Positions 53,917-64,000 of a stretch of 64,000 bases of DNA are shown one piece after another. The notes below the pieces were generated by a model, which had not been told where the DNA came from, searched no databases, and saw nothing but the letters and a program-made list of their open reading frames with translations. Numbering within the stretch: the stretch's first letter is position 1; every line of letters starts with the position of its first letter. Source of the DNA: Candidatus Actinomarina sp. (GTDB lineage: Bacteria; Actinomycetota; Acidimicrobiia; Actinomarinales; Actinomarinaceae); the NCBI GenBank assembly GCA_016777845.1, contig JADHQS010000001.1, positions 3,573 through 67,572 of the forward strand. Reading direction: 5' to 3'. The position numbers and the translations under genes are program-made.

Positions 53917-54468
53917 TTGGTAAAAAACAGATTAGTTTATAAAAATTTAGATAAATCTGTAGATAAAACAAAAAATAAATATGCATCGGTAGCTGTTTTA
54001 TTCATTGATGAAGTTGAAATTCTGTTTATAAAGCGATCAGAAAACATGCCTACACACAAAGGGCATGTAGCGTTTCCTGGTGGAAAAAAAGAAAAAAATG
54101 ATACGAGTATCATTCATACTGCAGTACGTGAAGCCACAGAGGAATTATTAATATCTGATAATTTGATCACTCCATTTGGCTATATAGACTCTGTTGACAC
54201 AGTAGAGTACAAATTTGAAGTTTACCCTATTCTCTGCCTGTTAGAAAGCAAACCAAAAAAGTTCAACAAAGATGAAGTACAAAAAGTTTTATATGCATCA
54301 ATTGATGATCTAAAGTTAGAAAAAAATTGGGTATACAGAGGTCTGTATCCAAATGATTGGATTTTTCATATTGATAACGAAATTTTATGGGGTGCAACGG
54401 CAAAAATGATTAGAAATATATTAAATCTCGATTTAGATTTTAATCAAGACTCCGAGCTTCATCCTTAA
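53917..54468 (+). CDS. Nudix hydrolase (CoA pyrophosphatase-like)
   Basis: Nudix box GGKKEKNDTSIIHTAVREATEEL. Confidence 0.8.
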   Translation: MVKNRLVYKNLDKSVDKTKNKYASVAVLFIDEVEILFIKRSENMPTHKGHVAFPGGKKEKNDTSIIHTAVREATEELLISDNLITPFGYIDSVDTVEYKFEVYPILCLLESKPKKFNKDEVQKVLYASIDDLKLEKNWVYRGLYPNDWIFHIDNEILWGATAKMIRNILNLDLDFNQDSELHP

Positions 54469-55264
54469 CTGCTAAGTAAAGTGAAATAAATATAAAAAGT
54501 AATGTTACAAAAAAGATATTATTAATTAATTCATCCAGAAAAATATAGCCAACATAAATTCCTACTATTGGCACAACATAATCAACCAGAGTTGTAAACG
54601 TAGCCGAAAGTCTTTTAATTGTATAAAAGAAAAGAGAGTAGTTAAAGATGTCTATAAAAACTAAGCCAGATAACCTTAGGGCCTGAGAACGATTTAAAAT
54701 TTCAACTTCCCCTCCAAGAATAAAAAACAAAATTAAAGAAAAAGCTGTGCTTGCTATCCATTGAGCTAAAAGATAAGTTCTCGCAGGAATGTATTGAGAG
54801 TCTTTTTTATTTGTAATGTTGCTTAAGGCAAGCCCCTGTACACCAATAAGTGCTAGCAATCCTCCAGTTACAAGATCTCCATCATTTGATAGACCAGTAG
54901 CTCCAGAGGCAAAAAGTAAAATTAATCCACTAAGACCAATTAATACTGAAATAACCTTAAGTCTTGTAATTTTTTCTTGTTTATAAACAAGAAAAACCCA
55001 GAAGACTGTGAACATAGGAATTGTTGAAATAAAAATACTTTGAAGGCCTGAAGAAATGCTTTTTAAAGCATAGATGAAAGTCCACCCGGGAATAGTAATT
55101 GCCAAAAATCCAGTTAAAGCTCCTTTTAAAAAGTACTCTTTATTGATTTCAGAAAGGAACTCTTTAGCACAATAAAGAAAGAGTAAAAAAGTGACCAGCG
55201 ATATTCTTGTAGTAACAACAAAAATTTCATTTACACCATCTATTAATAAACTTCTATTTAGCAA
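54440..55264 (-). CDS. EamA/DMT-family transporter
   Basis: 274 aa, about 9-10 TM, duplicated EamA-like halves; TTG start, N-terminus possibly longer. Confidence 0.75.
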   Translation of the reverse strand: MLNRSLLIDGVNEIFVVTTRISLVTFLLFLYCAKEFLSEINKEYFLKGALTGFLAITIPGWTFIYALKSISSGLQSIFISTIPMFTVFWVFLVYKQEKITRLKVISVLIGLSGLILLFASGATGLSNDGDLVTGGLLALIGVQGLALSNITNKKDSQYIPARTYLLAQWIASTAFSLILFFILGGEVEILNRSQALRLSGLVFIDIFNYSLFFYTIKRLSATFTTLVDYVVPIVGIYVGYIFLDELINNIFFVTLLFIFISLYLAVKDEARSLD

Positions 55265-55386
55265 ACCATGAAATCCAAATAAAATTCCAATTATTACTAT
55301 ATTTATTAACCCTGCTTTTGCTGATAGCTTATATTCGGATTTTATAAAAACTCTCCAATTTGATTTAGTTTATTAGAATAGCAGAT

Positions 55387-56361
55387 ATGAAAACAGTTTT
55401 TTCTGGTATACAACCAAGTGGACTAGTGCATCTAGGTAATTTACTAGGGGCAATAAATAATTGGGTTAAGCTATCAAATGAAAACAGTAAAAATTACTTT
55501 TGTATAGTTGACCTACATTCATTAACAGGACTACCAAATAAGAATGATCTTAAAAAAAGTATAAATGATACTTTAAAAGTACTTGTAGCTTCCGGAATTA
55601 ATACTAAAACTTCGGTCATATATACACAAAGTAGTCTTCAGGAACACGCTTATCTTTCTTGGATACTGTCTAATTTCTGCCAAGTAGGAGAGTTACAGCG
55701 AATGACTCAGTTTAAGGAAAAAGCTTCTTCTTTTGGTACTCATTCAGGTTTATTGACGTATCCTATCTTGATGGCTTCTGATATTTTAATACACAAAGCT
55801 AATGAAGTTCCCGTAGGAGATGATCAAACTCAACACCTTGAATTGACTAGAAATATAGCAGAGCGTTTTAATTCAAATTATGGTGAAATATTTCCAATCC
55901 CTGAAAAAACAAGTGGAAGATCAGGTGCTCGTTTGATGTCTCTAAGACATCCACAAAATAAAATGTCTAAAAGCTCTGATGATATAAATGGAACTGTTTA
56001 CTTTAATGACGAAAAAGACAACATATTAAAAAAATTTAAATCTTCAGTTACTGATTCTGAAAACATTGTTAGGTACGACCCTAAAAATAAACCAGGTATT
56101 AGTAATTTGATTGAAATTTATGCTGCAGTTAATGATAAAGAAATATCTGATACAGAAAAAGAATTTGAAAATTCTCAATATGGGGAATTTAAAATAGCTG
56201 TTGCTGAAACAGTAATTGACTATCTTGACCCAATAAAAAAGAATTTTCATGACTTAACCAGTGATAATTTAGAGGATATTGTTGTATCAAATTTAAAATC
56301 AGCAAAAAATTCTGCTCAAAAAACAATTATTGAAGTTGAAGAAGCTTTAGGTATAAGTTGA
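55387..56361 (+). CDS. trpS: tryptophan--tRNA ligase
   Basis: 324 aa; class I HIGH-like PSGLVHLGN and KMSKS. Confidence 0.93.
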   Translation: MKTVFSGIQPSGLVHLGNLLGAINNWVKLSNENSKNYFCIVDLHSLTGLPNKNDLKKSINDTLKVLVASGINTKTSVIYTQSSLQEHAYLSWILSNFCQVGELQRMTQFKEKASSFGTHSGLLTYPILMASDILIHKANEVPVGDDQTQHLELTRNIAERFNSNYGEIFPIPEKTSGRSGARLMSLRHPQNKMSKSSDDINGTVYFNDEKDNILKKFKSSVTDSENIVRYDPKNKPGISNLIEIYAAVNDKEISDTEKEFENSQYGEFKIAVAETVIDYLDPIKKNFHDLTSDNLEDIVVSNLKSAKNSAQKTIIEVEEALGIS

Positions 56362-56398
56362 AAGTATTTCCATTCTTTCAAGTAGTGTCTTTTCTTTA

Positions 56399-58540
56399 AT
56401 GTCGTCAGATCCTCAAATTCCTGAAGCCTGGAAAAATATTTTAAATGAAAGTCAGATTGAAGCTGTAACTACTATCAATGGTCCTGTCTTAATTATGGCT
56501 GGAGCAGGATCTGGTAAAACAAGAGTATTAACACATAGATATGCTCATTTGGTTGAACAGCACAAAGTTGATATAGAGCAGATTTTAGCCATTACATTTA
56601 CTAACAAAGCCGCTGAGGAAATGAAATTACGTATCGGTAATTTATTGAATTTAAAAATATCTCCTAAATGGATATCTACTTTTCATAGCTTGTGTGTAAA
56701 AATTCTTAGAATTCATGGTGATAAAATTGGTTATAGAAATAATTTTTCAATTTATGATCAATCAGATTCAAACAAAGTAGTAAGAAACTGTATGTCAGAA
56801 AATAATGTTGATTTAAAACAGTACTCACCAAAAAGATTTCAAGCTCATATTTCAAATTTAAAAAATAATATGACTTCACCAGGAGAGGCATTACAAAATG
56901 CAGAATCATTTTTTGAGGTCAAAGTTGCAGAAATATATTCGAGCTATGAAAAGAAATTAATTTTGGCTAACTCCATGGATTTTGATGATTTATTGATCAA
57001 AACTGTAGAACTTTTACAAACAAATGATCAAATACTACATTATTGGTCAAATAAATTTCAATTTGTTATGGTAGATGAATATCAAGATACAAATTATGTT
57101 CAATATAAGCTTGTTGAGTTATTGAGTTCAAACAACCAAAATGTATGTGTTGTTGGCGATTCTGATCAAAGTATTTATGCTTTTAGAGGTGCGGATATTA
57201 GAAATATTATTGAGTTTGAAAAAGATTTTAAAAATGCCAAGATAATTCAACTCGATAAAAATTACAGATCTACAAAAAAAATATTAGATTTAGCAAACAC
57301 AATTATTTCAAATAATCCAAGAAAAATTAAAAAAAATCTTTGGACTGATAATGAAGATGGTCTTGAAATAAGTTCTTTGAGATTTAGATCTGAAAAAGAT
57401 GAATCCAGGTGGGTAGCTGAAGAAGTTAAGGAAATTATTAAAAATGATAAAGAAGCAGAAGTTGCAATATTCTATAGAACAAATAGTCAATCGAGATTAT
57501 TTGAAGAAGAATTAAGAAAATTAAATATAAATCACAAGCTAATTGGAAGCGTTAGGTTTTATGACAGAAAAGAGATAAAAGATATAATTTCTTATTTGAA
57601 ATTTCTAGTAAATGAAAATGATGTTGTGTCTTTTGAGAGGATTGTCAATGTTCCAAAAAGAGGTATTGGTGAGTCAAGTGTCAAGAAGCTACGAGATCAT
57701 ATCGACAAAAATGAAATGTCGATATTCGAATTGTTGCAAAACATTGAACAGGTTGAGAATATATCTCCAAGAATAAAAAATAAATTGATTGAATTCAAAA
57801 ATTTAATTTTAGATTTAAAAACATTTTCATTGGAAGGACCATCAAAATCTATCGAAAAAATTATCGACTTAACTGGCTATAAAATGAATCTCATTAAAGA
57901 AGGAACAATGGAATCACAAATGAGACTTGAAAATATAGAGGAGCTATTAAATTCTGCATATAATTTTGAAAATCTTTATGAAGATGAGATTGATGAACCC
58001 TATGCAAAATTGAGAGATTATCTTGAATCCATAGCACTATTTTCAGAAACTGATGAGCTTAAAGATTCAGATAAAGTTTTATTAATGACTTTACACAATG
58101 CCAAAGGTTTAGAGTTTCCTTATGTATTTATGACCGGAATGGAAGAAAATTTATTTCCACACGAGAGAAGCTCACAGGGTGATCAATCTGAAATTGAAGA
58201 AGAAAGAAGACTTTGTTATGTTGGTGTAACTAGAGCAGAAAAAAAGCTTTACTTATCCCATGCTTGGTCTAGAACTCTGTGGGGTGGTACAACATACAAT
58301 TTACCGAGTAGATTTTTAGATGAAGGATCAGAACATTTTGAAACTAAAGATTATTCTCCAGAATTTCAAGAGTCAAATGAAAAAAATAATTCGTCATCAG
58401 TTGGACAAAAAATTCTTCATGAAAAATATGGAGAAGGGGTAATAAAGGAAGTTCAAGGAAACGAAATTACTGTTGAATTTTCAGACGATACAGGAACTAA
58501 ATATTTGGACATAGAATGGGCTCCAATAAAATTTCTATAA
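56399..58540 (+). CDS. pcrA: ATP-dependent DNA helicase PcrA/UvrD
   Basis: 713 aa; GAGSGKT Walker A, helicase motifs, UvrD C-terminal Tudor-like region. Confidence 0.9.
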   Translation: MSSDPQIPEAWKNILNESQIEAVTTINGPVLIMAGAGSGKTRVLTHRYAHLVEQHKVDIEQILAITFTNKAAEEMKLRIGNLLNLKISPKWISTFHSLCVKILRIHGDKIGYRNNFSIYDQSDSNKVVRNCMSENNVDLKQYSPKRFQAHISNLKNNMTSPGEALQNAESFFEVKVAEIYSSYEKKLILANSMDFDDLLIKTVELLQTNDQILHYWSNKFQFVMVDEYQDTNYVQYKLVELLSSNNQNVCVVGDSDQSIYAFRGADIRNIIEFEKDFKNAKIIQLDKNYRSTKKILDLANTIISNNPRKIKKNLWTDNEDGLEISSLRFRSEKDESRWVAEEVKEIIKNDKEAEVAIFYRTNSQSRLFEEELRKLNINHKLIGSVRFYDRKEIKDIISYLKFLVNENDVVSFERIVNVPKRGIGESSVKKLRDHIDKNEMSIFELLQNIEQVENISPRIKNKLIEFKNLILDLKTFSLEGPSKSIEKIIDLTGYKMNLIKEGTMESQMRLENIEELLNSAYNFENLYEDEIDEPYAKLRDYLESIALFSETDELKDSDKVLLMTLHNAKGLEFPYVFMTGMEENLFPHERSSQGDQSEIEEERRLCYVGVTRAEKKLYLSHAWSRTLWGGTTYNLPSRFLDEGSEHFETKDYSPEFQESNEKNNSSSVGQKILHEKYGEGVIKEVQGNEITVEFSDDTGTKYLDIEWAPIKFL

Positions 58541-58592
58541 ACACACAGCATAAATTTTATTTTTTTGTAATCTATATTCTTGTTATAACATT

Positions 58593-59726
58593 ATGAATCT
58601 TTTTGAATACCAAGGTAAAAGACTTTATCAAGACTTTTCTATTCCAACACCCAAATCTATTTTTGTTTCTAAAATATCTGAAATTTCTGATAATCATGGA
58701 CTAACATATCCCGTTGTAGTTAAGGCTCAAGTTCAAGTAGGAGGAAGAGGTAAAGCTGGAGGTATCAAAGTAGCAAAAGATTTTGATGAACTTACCAAAT
58801 TTTCAGGTGAAATTTTAGGAATGGATATCAAAGGCCATATTGTGGAGAGTCTTTTATTAGAAGAGGCTTCAAATATATTAGAAGAATATTATATTTCTTT
58901 TACACTTGATAGATCAGCAAAATCCTACTTAATGATGCTCAGTGCAAAAGGAGGTATGGATATTGAAGAAGTAGCAGAAAAGAACCCAGACGACTTAATA
59001 ATGCTTCATATTTCTCCATCCAAAGGGTTAGATTCGGAAACAATCATTAAGTCAATAGAGGATGCAAAGCTCAATGAAAGTTATAAATCTGAATTAAGGG
59101 ATGTTATTTCAAACTTATACAAATTATTTGTAGAAGGTGATTGTGATTTAGTTGAGGTTAACCCACTAGCAATTACAGATAACGGAGTTTCTGCTTTAGA
59201 TTCAAAAGTTTCACTAGATATGAATGCTATTTATAGACACGAAAATTTTAAAGATTTCGAAAATGAAATACCTATTCCAGTTTCTGAGCAATTTGCCAAA
59301 GAAAAAAACCTTAATTTTATAAAGCTTGAGGGGAGTGTTGGAATTATTGGTAATGGTGCTGGATTAGTGATGTCCACGCTTGATGTAGTATCTGAACATG
59401 GTGGAATGGCAGCAAACTTTTTAGATATAGGCGGTGGCGCAAAAGCAGAGACTGTTACGGCAGCACTAGAAGTATTGGAATCAGAAGATAATGTTAAAAG
59501 TGTACTAATTAATATCTTTGGGGGAATTACAAGGTGCGACCTTGTAGCCAATGGCATAGTTGAAGCCACTAAAGGCAAAGAACTTAAATGGCCGATAATT
59601 GTAAGGCTTGATGGAACTAATTCAAAAGAAGGATTATCTATTTTGGAACAAAATACAAATGAAAAAATTACAATTTCTAGCTCTATGGATGAAGCAGCTA
59701 AGTTAGCAGTTGAAGGAGCAATTTAA
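58593..59726 (+). CDS. sucC: succinyl-CoA ligase (ADP-forming) beta subunit
   Basis: 377 aa; ATP-grasp MNLFEYQGK..., [12 protein letters not shown]. Confidence 0.93.
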   Translation: MNLFEYQGKRLYQDFSIPTPKSIFVSKISEISDNHGLTYPVVVKAQVQVGGRGKAGGIKVAKDFDELTKFSGEILGMDIKGHIVESLLLEEASNILEEYYISFTLDRSAKSYLMMLSAKGGMDIEEVAEKNPDDLIMLHISPSKGLDSETIIKSIEDAKLNESYKSELRDVISNLYKLFVEGDCDLVEVNPLAITDNGVSALDSKVSLDMNAIYRHENFKDFENEIPIPVSEQFAKEKNLNFIKLEGSVGIIGNGAGLVMSTLDVVSEHGGMAANFLDIGGGAKAETVTAALEVLESEDNVKSVLINIFGGITRCDLVANGIVEATKGKELKWPIIVRLDGTNSKEGLSILEQNTNEKITISSSMDEAAKLAVEGAI

Positions 59727-60595
59727 TGTCTATCTTTATTGGTAATGAAACAAAAGTTGTAGTTCAAGGACTTACTGGAGAACAGGGAAAATTTCATGCA
59801 TTGAGAAATAGGGATTACGGTACAAAAGTTGTTGCGGGCACTAGACCTGGTAAGGGCGGAGAATCTGTAGAGGGAATTCCAATTTTCAATACAGTTGAAG
59901 AAGCTGTAGAAGCAACGGGAGCAAATACAGCTATGACATTTGTCCCACCACCATTTGCAAAAGATGCAGTTTTAGAAGCTGCGTATGCTGGGTGTGATTT
60001 AATAGTATGTATTACTGAAGGAATCCCTGCTAAAGATGAAGCAGAGATGTATGATCTCTTAAAAGAAAAAACATCTTCAAGATTACTCGGTCCAAATTGC
60101 CCTGGATTAATTTCTCCAGGTAAATCTAATGTTGGAATTATGCCACATGAAATTACCATGGAAGGAAATGTTGGTGTTGTATCTAGGTCTGGAACTTTAA
60201 CTTATCAAGCAGTTCTTGAATTAACAAATTTAAACATAGGTCAATCAACTTGTATTGGCATTGGGGGAGACCCAGTTCCAGGCACATCTTTTATAGATGT
60301 ACTTGATGCTTTTCAAAACGATTCACAGACGGAAGCTATTGTTATGATTGGTGAAATAGGTGGAAGTGCTGAAGAGGAAGCAGCAGAATTTATTAAGAAG
60401 AATGTAACTAAACCTGTTGTTTCTTACATTGCTGGACTCACAGCTCCACCAGGAAAAAAAATGGGCCATGCAGGAGCAATTGTTTCTGGAAACAAAGGTA
60501 CGGCTAGTGCTAAAATTGAAGCACTGACTGATGCTGGTGCAAATGTCGTTGAAAATCCAACAAGAATCGGTCAGGCCATTAAGGATGTTGTATGA
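59726..60595 (+). CDS. sucD: succinyl-CoA ligase alpha subunit
   Basis: 289 aa; phosphohistidine region GHAGAI. Confidence 0.93.
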   Translation: MSIFIGNETKVVVQGLTGEQGKFHALRNRDYGTKVVAGTRPGKGGESVEGIPIFNTVEEAVEATGANTAMTFVPPPFAKDAVLEAAYAGCDLIVCITEGIPAKDEAEMYDLLKEKTSSRLLGPNCPGLISPGKSNVGIMPHEITMEGNVGVVSRSGTLTYQAVLELTNLNIGQSTCIGIGGDPVPGTSFIDVLDAFQNDSQTEAIVMIGEIGGSAEEEAAEFIKKNVTKPVVSYIAGLTAPPGKKMGHAGAIVSGNKGTASAKIEALTDAGANVVENPTRIGQAIKDVV

Positions 60596-61827
60596 ATGAA
60601 AATTTAAACAGAAAAGATTTAGAATTAGCAATACAAAAAACCAGAGATTCATTCGATACAGATAAACCCGTTATACCTTTTATTGAAGGAGATGGTATAG
60701 GCATAGATATTTGGCCTGCTTCACAGAGAGTTTTCGATGCTGCTGTTGAAAAAGCTTATTCAAAAGAACGAAAAATTGAATGGCAAGAAGTACTAGCTGG
60801 TCAAAAAGCATTTGATAATACAAGTGAATGGTTACCAGAAAAGACAATAGAAATGTTTGATGAATTTGGAATAGGTATTAAAGGACCGCTTACAACTCCA
60901 GTCGGAGGAGGAATTAGGTCAATCAACGTTGCAATTAGACAAAAATTGGATTTATACGCCTGTTTGAGGCCACTTAGATGGTTTGAAGGGGTTGAGACAC
61001 CAACAAAGAATCCAGGAAATGTAGATATAGCATTATTTCGTGAAAATACTGAAGATGTCTATTCAGGGAAAGAGTTAGAAATGAACTCAGATGATGTTGT
61101 TAAATTAAATAAATTTCTTAAAGAAGAATTCAATTGGGAAATTAGAAGTGATAGTGGAATTGGGATCAAACCAATATCAAAAACTGCCTCCGAAAGACTA
61201 ATTCGATCTGCATTAAATTATGCTGTTGAAAATAACAAAAAAAATCTGGCCATTGTTCATAAGGGAAACATTATGAAATTTACAGAAGGAGCATTTAGAG
61301 CCTGGGGATACGAATTAGTCAAAAATGAATTTTCTGATGTAGCTGTTTCATGGGATGATTGTAATGGTGATGCTGGAGATAAGATTTTAGTACAAGATGT
61401 TATTGCAGACGCCTTCTTGCAGCAAATATTAATTAAACCTCAGGAATTTGATGTTATAGCTACAACAAACTTAAACGGCGATTACGCATCAGATGCATTA
61501 GCTGCACAGATTGGCGGAATTGGTATCAGTCCTGGAGGAAACATTAATTATGAAAATGGTAAATCAGTTTTTGAAGCTACTCATGGAACAGCACCAAAAC
61601 ATGCTGGTCAAGATAAAGCAAATCCTGGTTCATTGATTTTGTCTGGAGAAATGATGTTTAGATACATGGGGTGGAATGAAGCTTCAGATCTCATCATTAA
61701 AGCCATGGAAAAATCAATTAGTGAAGGAAATGTGACGTACGATCTTGCTAGAGGTCGAAAAAATGCCACTACGCTGTCCTCATCTGATTTTGCTGCAAGT
61801 CTCGTTGAAAACATAGAAAGTTTTTAA
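60592..61827 (+). CDS. icd: isocitrate dehydrogenase (NADP)
   Basis: 411 aa; NLNGDYASD motif of isocitrate/isopropylmalate DH family. Confidence 0.9.
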   Translation: MNENLNRKDLELAIQKTRDSFDTDKPVIPFIEGDGIGIDIWPASQRVFDAAVEKAYSKERKIEWQEVLAGQKAFDNTSEWLPEKTIEMFDEFGIGIKGPLTTPVGGGIRSINVAIRQKLDLYACLRPLRWFEGVETPTKNPGNVDIALFRENTEDVYSGKELEMNSDDVVKLNKFLKEEFNWEIRSDSGIGIKPISKTASERLIRSALNYAVENNKKNLAIVHKGNIMKFTEGAFRAWGYELVKNEFSDVAVSWDDCNGDAGDKILVQDVIADAFLQQILIKPQEFDVIATTNLNGDYASDALAAQIGGIGISPGGNINYENGKSVFEATHGTAPKHAGQDKANPGSLILSGEMMFRYMGWNEASDLIIKAMEKSISEGNVTYDLARGRKNATTLSSSDFAASLVENIESF

Positions 61828-61828
61828 T

Positions 61829-62767
61829 ATGAAAAAAGTAACTGTTGTTGGTGCTGGAAAATACGGTTCTATGACTGCACTTAGAGTCGCTGAGTATGAT
61901 CTTGTTGATTCAGTTGTGATGACTGACATTGTTGATGGTCTTCCACAAGGATTAGCATTAGACATGAACCAATCAAGATATGTAGAAAATTTTTCTAGCA
62001 AAATAATTGGAACTAATGATTATGAAGATACTGCTGACAGCGATGTTGTTGTAATTACCGCCGGCTTACCAAGAAAACCAGGTATGACCAGAATGGATTT
62101 ACTTGAAGTTAATGCAAATATAGTCAGTGATGTTACAAAAAATATTCTTAATTATTCTAAATCACCAATCATAATTGTTGTTACAAATCCACTAGATCAA
62201 ATGACAACTCTAGTTTCTCAAGTTTCTGGGTTACCTAAAAACAAAGTAATTGGACAAGCAGGAGTTTTAGACTCTTCTCGATTTGCATACTTTATTTCTG
62301 AAAAATTAAATGTAAACATGAATGAAATAGAAGCATTAACACTAGGAAGTCATGGAGAAACAATGGTTCCAGTTCCGTCACAGTGCAGAGTTGCAGGAAA
62401 ACCACTTAATGAACTACTTAGTAATGATGAGATTTCAGAATTAGTTCAAAAGACTTCTGATGGAGGTGCTGAAATTGTTGGATTACTTAAAACTGGAAGT
62501 GCATATTTTGCACCTTCGTCTGCTGCAGCAACAATGGTTAAGTCAATAGTTTCAGATTCCAATGAAGTAATGCCTGCATGCTCTTGGGTAGATGGTGAAT
62601 TTGGTATAAATGATGTATTTTTAGGAGTTCCAACAAAGCTTGGAGCAAAAGGTGTTACCGAGGTCGTTGAAATTGACCTTGTTGAAAGTGAACTAAACGC
62701 TTTAAAAGGCGCTTCAGAGGCTGTTAAAGCAAAAGTACAAGAGCTTAATAGCATATTAAGTCAATAA
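61829..62767 (+). CDS. mdh: malate dehydrogenase (LDH-like)
   Basis: 312 aa; GAGKYG NAD site, VVTNPLD. Confidence 0.9.
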   Translation: MKKVTVVGAGKYGSMTALRVAEYDLVDSVVMTDIVDGLPQGLALDMNQSRYVENFSSKIIGTNDYEDTADSDVVVITAGLPRKPGMTRMDLLEVNANIVSDVTKNILNYSKSPIIIVVTNPLDQMTTLVSQVSGLPKNKVIGQAGVLDSSRFAYFISEKLNVNMNEIEALTLGSHGETMVPVPSQCRVAGKPLNELLSNDEISELVQKTSDGGAEIVGLLKTGSAYFAPSSAAATMVKSIVSDSNEVMPACSWVDGEFGINDVFLGVPTKLGAKGVTEVVEIDLVESELNALKGASEAVKAKVQELNSILSQ

Positions 62768-62886
62768 ATTCAGTCTTTTTTATAAAAAAGGCAATAAATT
62801 TAGTATTTTAAGACAAATCATTAAAAAAAACTATACTTATTGATAAGGAGTTTTATAAAAACTCAAAAAAGAAAGGCTAAACAGCT

Positions 62887-63159
62887 ATGAATAAAGATCA
62901 ATTAGCAAGCGTTGTTGCAGCAGAAGTAGGGTTGTCACAATCAGATGCTAAAAAAGCTGTAGAAGCCGTGTTCGATGGCGTAACAAATGGTATGAAAAAT
63001 GGCGATAAAGTAAGTATTGCTGGTTTTGGTACTTTTGAGTCAAGATACAGGGCTGCAAGACAAGGCAGGAATCCAGCAACAGGAGAAACAATCCAAATTG
63101 CTGCAAAGAATGCACCAGCTTTTAAAGCTGCAAAAGGATTAAAAGACGCTTTAAACTAA
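62887..63159 (+). CDS. hup: DNA-binding protein HU
   Basis: 90 aa; GFGTFESRYRAARQGRNPATGE arm. Confidence 0.92.
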   Translation: MNKDQLASVVAAEVGLSQSDAKKAVEAVFDGVTNGMKNGDKVSIAGFGTFESRYRAARQGRNPATGETIQIAAKNAPAFKAAKGLKDALN

Positions 63160-63177
63160 AGCACTTTAATCAAATTT

Positions 63178-63212
63178 GAAAAGACGACGAAAGTCGTCTT
63201 TTCTTTTTATGG
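63178..63212. terminator. bidirectional terminator hairpin AAGACGAC-GAAA-GUCGUCUU between hup and the convergent SCP2 gene
   Basis: 8-bp stem, GAAA tetraloop, T-runs on both sides. Confidence 0.75.
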
Positions 63213-63482
63213 AGCAAGAATACTTATATCCCCAGAAATCTTTACTTTTTCATTAAAAAGAAGATCTTCTGGATGTTTTTTTCCTTCAACAATTAATAAT
63301 AAGTTTTCTGTAGAGATTTTAAATTTTAAAAATCTTTTATCTTCAATTGATGAATTTATTTGGACACAACTATCGAGGTTAAATGTTTTATCAATATCTG
63401 TAATTTCAAAATAAATGGAACTTAGATCAATATTTTTATCTGTCAGATTACTTTTGAATTGTTTAAGGATATCTTCAATCAA
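63207..63482 (-). CDS. SCP2 sterol-carrier-like domain protein
   Basis: 91 aa; C-terminal ...KVKISGDISILAP resembles SCP2 signature. Confidence 0.55.
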   Translation of the reverse strand: MIEDILKQFKSNLTDKNIDLSSIYFEITDIDKTFNLDSCVQINSSIEDKRFLKFKISTENLLLIVEGKKHPEDLLFNEKVKISGDISILAP

Positions 63483-64000
63483 TTGATGGTAAGGGTTTCT
63501 CTTTTAACATCTTCAATGGCTTTAGTAACCTGAATACCACGAGGACATGCAGAAGTACAATTAAATGCGGTTCTGCATCTAAATGCTCCATCTACATCTT
63601 TTAAAATTTCAAGTCTTTGTTTTGAAGCATTGTCTCGCGAATCAAATACAAATCTGTGTGCATTTACAATCGCTGCTGGTCCCACATATGTATCAGCAGT
63701 CCAGAAAACAGGACAGCTTGTTGTACAAGCTGCACACAAAATACATTTTGTAGTATCTTCAAACCTGTCTCGATCTTCAGGAGATTGCAGCCTTTCTCTC
63801 TCACCAGGCTCATCATCATTTATAAGATAAGGCATTACTTTTTTATAAGAATCAAAAAAAGAATCCATATTTACTACTAAATCTTTTATGACTGGTAGGC
63901 CTCTGATAGGTTCGATTTTAATTGGTGTACTAACTTCTTTAACAAGAACCTGACAAGCTAGCATGTTTTCCCCATTAACAACCATTGCATCGGATCCACA
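63479..64000 (-). CDS. sdhB: succinate dehydrogenase/fumarate reductase iron-sulfur subunit, C-terminal portion (5' end beyond window)
   Basis: CILCAACTTSCP and CRTAFNCTSACPRGI Fe-S cluster motifs. Confidence 0.88.
   Translation of the reverse strand, partial: CGSDAMVVNGENMLACQVLVKEVSTPIKIEPIRGLPVIKDLVVNMDSFFDSYKKVMPYLINDDEPGERERLQSPEDRDRFEDTTKCILCAACTTSCPVFWTADTYVGPAAIVNAHRFVFDSRDNASKQRLEILKDVDGAFRCRTAFNCTSACPRGIQVTKAIEDVKRETLTIN

Noticed and set aside
55300-55386. T-box or other riboswitch upstream of trpS
   Set aside because: Only about 60 nt are available between the EamA gene region and the trpS ATG, too short for a T-box, and no specifier/T-box consensus is visible.

Overview
This 64-kb window is core-genome DNA from a low-GC, gene-dense actinobacterium, judged from the RNA polymerase and ribosomal-protein gene order. 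Overall GC is roughly one third by eye, and the synteny rpoA-rplQ-truA-rplM-rpsI-glmM-glmS-alr-tsaE-tsaB-rimI-tsaD-groES-groEL is diagnostic of Actinobacteria, so the source is probably a streamlined marine or freshwater lineage such as the Actinomarinales. No CRISPR array, tRNA gene or mobile element is visible.

Gene content by region:
- 1-29.6 kb: rplJ (partial) and rplL, then rpoB and rpoC, then the str operon (rpsL-rpsG-fusA-tuf), the complete S10, spc and alpha ribosomal operons (including the short rpmD and rpmJ that the ORF track missed), truA, and rplM-rpsI.
- 29.6-38.6 kb: glmM; a glmS ribozyme leader followed by glmS; alr; tsaE-tsaB-rimI-tsaD; groES-groEL.
- 38.6-46.9 kb: a ten-gene aromatic supraoperon, consisting of an AroH-type chorismate mutase, a YFYF leader peptide with a terminator (attenuator), a type I-beta DAHP synthase, then tyrA-aroA-aroE-aroC-aroK-aroB-aroQ-pheA.
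- 46.9-64 kb: an accessory-like stretch with a peptidase-S51-like protein carrying a CysRS C-terminal-like tail, an esterase, the ECF transporter pair ecfA/ecfT with a Fur-family regulator, a membrane-anchored thioredoxin, plsC, a Nudix hydrolase, an EamA transporter, trpS, pcrA, sucCD-icd-mdh, hup and a partial sdhB.

The most interesting observations are:
1. The membrane-anchored thioredoxin gene has an in-frame TGA exactly at the first cysteine of the CxxC active site (U-L-G-C), with a weak hairpin downstream, making it a candidate selenoprotein.
2. A 14-codon leader peptide (MKLNNAYFYFREHI) plus an intrinsic terminator lies in front of the aromatic operon, consistent with Phe/Tyr attenuation.
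3. A glmS ribozyme is present in an actinobacterial glmS leader.
4. aroQ has no canonical start codon.
5. Both L36 and S14 at the primary ribosomal locus are the zinc-independent (C-minus) forms.
6. A perfect 7-1-7 palindrome (TGCAAAT-T-ATTTGCA) sits between the Fur-family regulator and the ECF transporter genes.
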